Of a stretch of DNA of 64,000 nt, positions 63,591 to 64,000 are shown one piece after another; positions within the stretch are counted from its first letter, which is position 1, and every line of letters begins with the position of its first letter. The stretch comes from Haplodiscus bocki (lineage: Eukaryota). The DNA lies in the NCBI GenBank assembly GCA_965655095.1, contig OZ296648.1, positions 146,878,001 to 146,942,000 on the forward strand. Direction: 5' to 3'. The notes under the pieces are model-generated. The model was not told where the DNA came from, did no database searches, and saw nothing but the letters and a program-made list of their open reading frames with translations. The position numbers and the translations under genes are program-made.

Positions 63591-64000
63591 ATGAATGAAA
63601 GCACTGTTGTTAAAGAATATGAGTTTAACAAACCAGATATCAATCAAATGGATTATTTACTTGATGGTATTATTAAAGATTGTGGAAATAATGATTTTAA
63701 TACATTCGATTATAGACTTGTTTATGATACTATATTTACAAATAATTCTAATAATGAAGAAGTTAATTTCACAATAACTCATACATCTATGGAATTTAAA
63801 GCTGAATTCCATGGTTTGAAAAAAAATCAAAAATGCTCGAAGAAATGGTTTTATATTTAATCAAATAAATAAACTAACAAAAAAATTTATAGTATTCTAT
63901 CAAATATAAATATATGTTATTATATAAAACATCGAACACCAATAATGCACCGACATTTTTTAAAAACAATATCTCAAAATCCTGAATATGTAAAAACTCA
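63591..64000 (+). pseudogene. Polinton hypothetical protein, cut by window end
   Basis: MNESTVVKEYEFNKPDI...(fs)KIKNARRNGFIFNQINKLT; TAAATG start context. Confidence 0.55.

Larger units (their letters stand above)
48675..64000 (+). mobile_element. Polinton/Maverick (adintovirus-like endogenous virus), decayed; right end outside window
   Basis: Co-located protease, minor and major capsid, ATPase, integrase and pPolB remnants; putative left terminus AGTAGTGTG at 48675; compact AT-rich gene packing. Confidence 0.95.

Noticed and set aside
48675-64000. Intact, active Polinton
   Set aside because: Every core gene carries stops or frameshifts.

Overview
AT-rich, repeat-dense eukaryotic (metazoan-like) genomic DNA in three blocks. 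(1) 1-14733 is a minus-strand head-to-tail array of a Ty3/Gypsy-like element built as LTR - PBS/leader - truncated gag - LTR - leader - truncated gag - LTR, with a period of about 6.1 kb. The LTRs are 1.8-2.0 kb with TGTA...TACA ends. No pol or PPT is visible. Each LTR carries a variable-copy array of tRNA(Gln)-like Pol III units and a relic ORF. (2) 16159-43973 is a five-coding-exon, minus-strand host gene for a divergent ethanolamine-phosphate cytidylyltransferase (PCYT2/ECT, about 372 aa). Its second HxGH motif reads HAGT. Its 16-kb and 9-kb introns hold a CCC..GGG MITE, nested hAT elements, MULE pieces, a CR1-like LINE and tRNA-derived repeats. (3) 48675 to the window end is a decayed but almost complete Polinton/Maverick (adintovirus-like) element. 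It has an AGTAGT left terminus, an adenain-like protease, two tandem minor-capsid (penton) paralogues, a candidate membrane-lytic peptide, an A32-like ATPase, the major capsid protein, an rve integrase and a protein-primed PolB. Most of its ORFs start in a TAAATG context. All calls come from manual reading and translation; no database searches were run, so family names rest on motifs and some boundaries are approximate.
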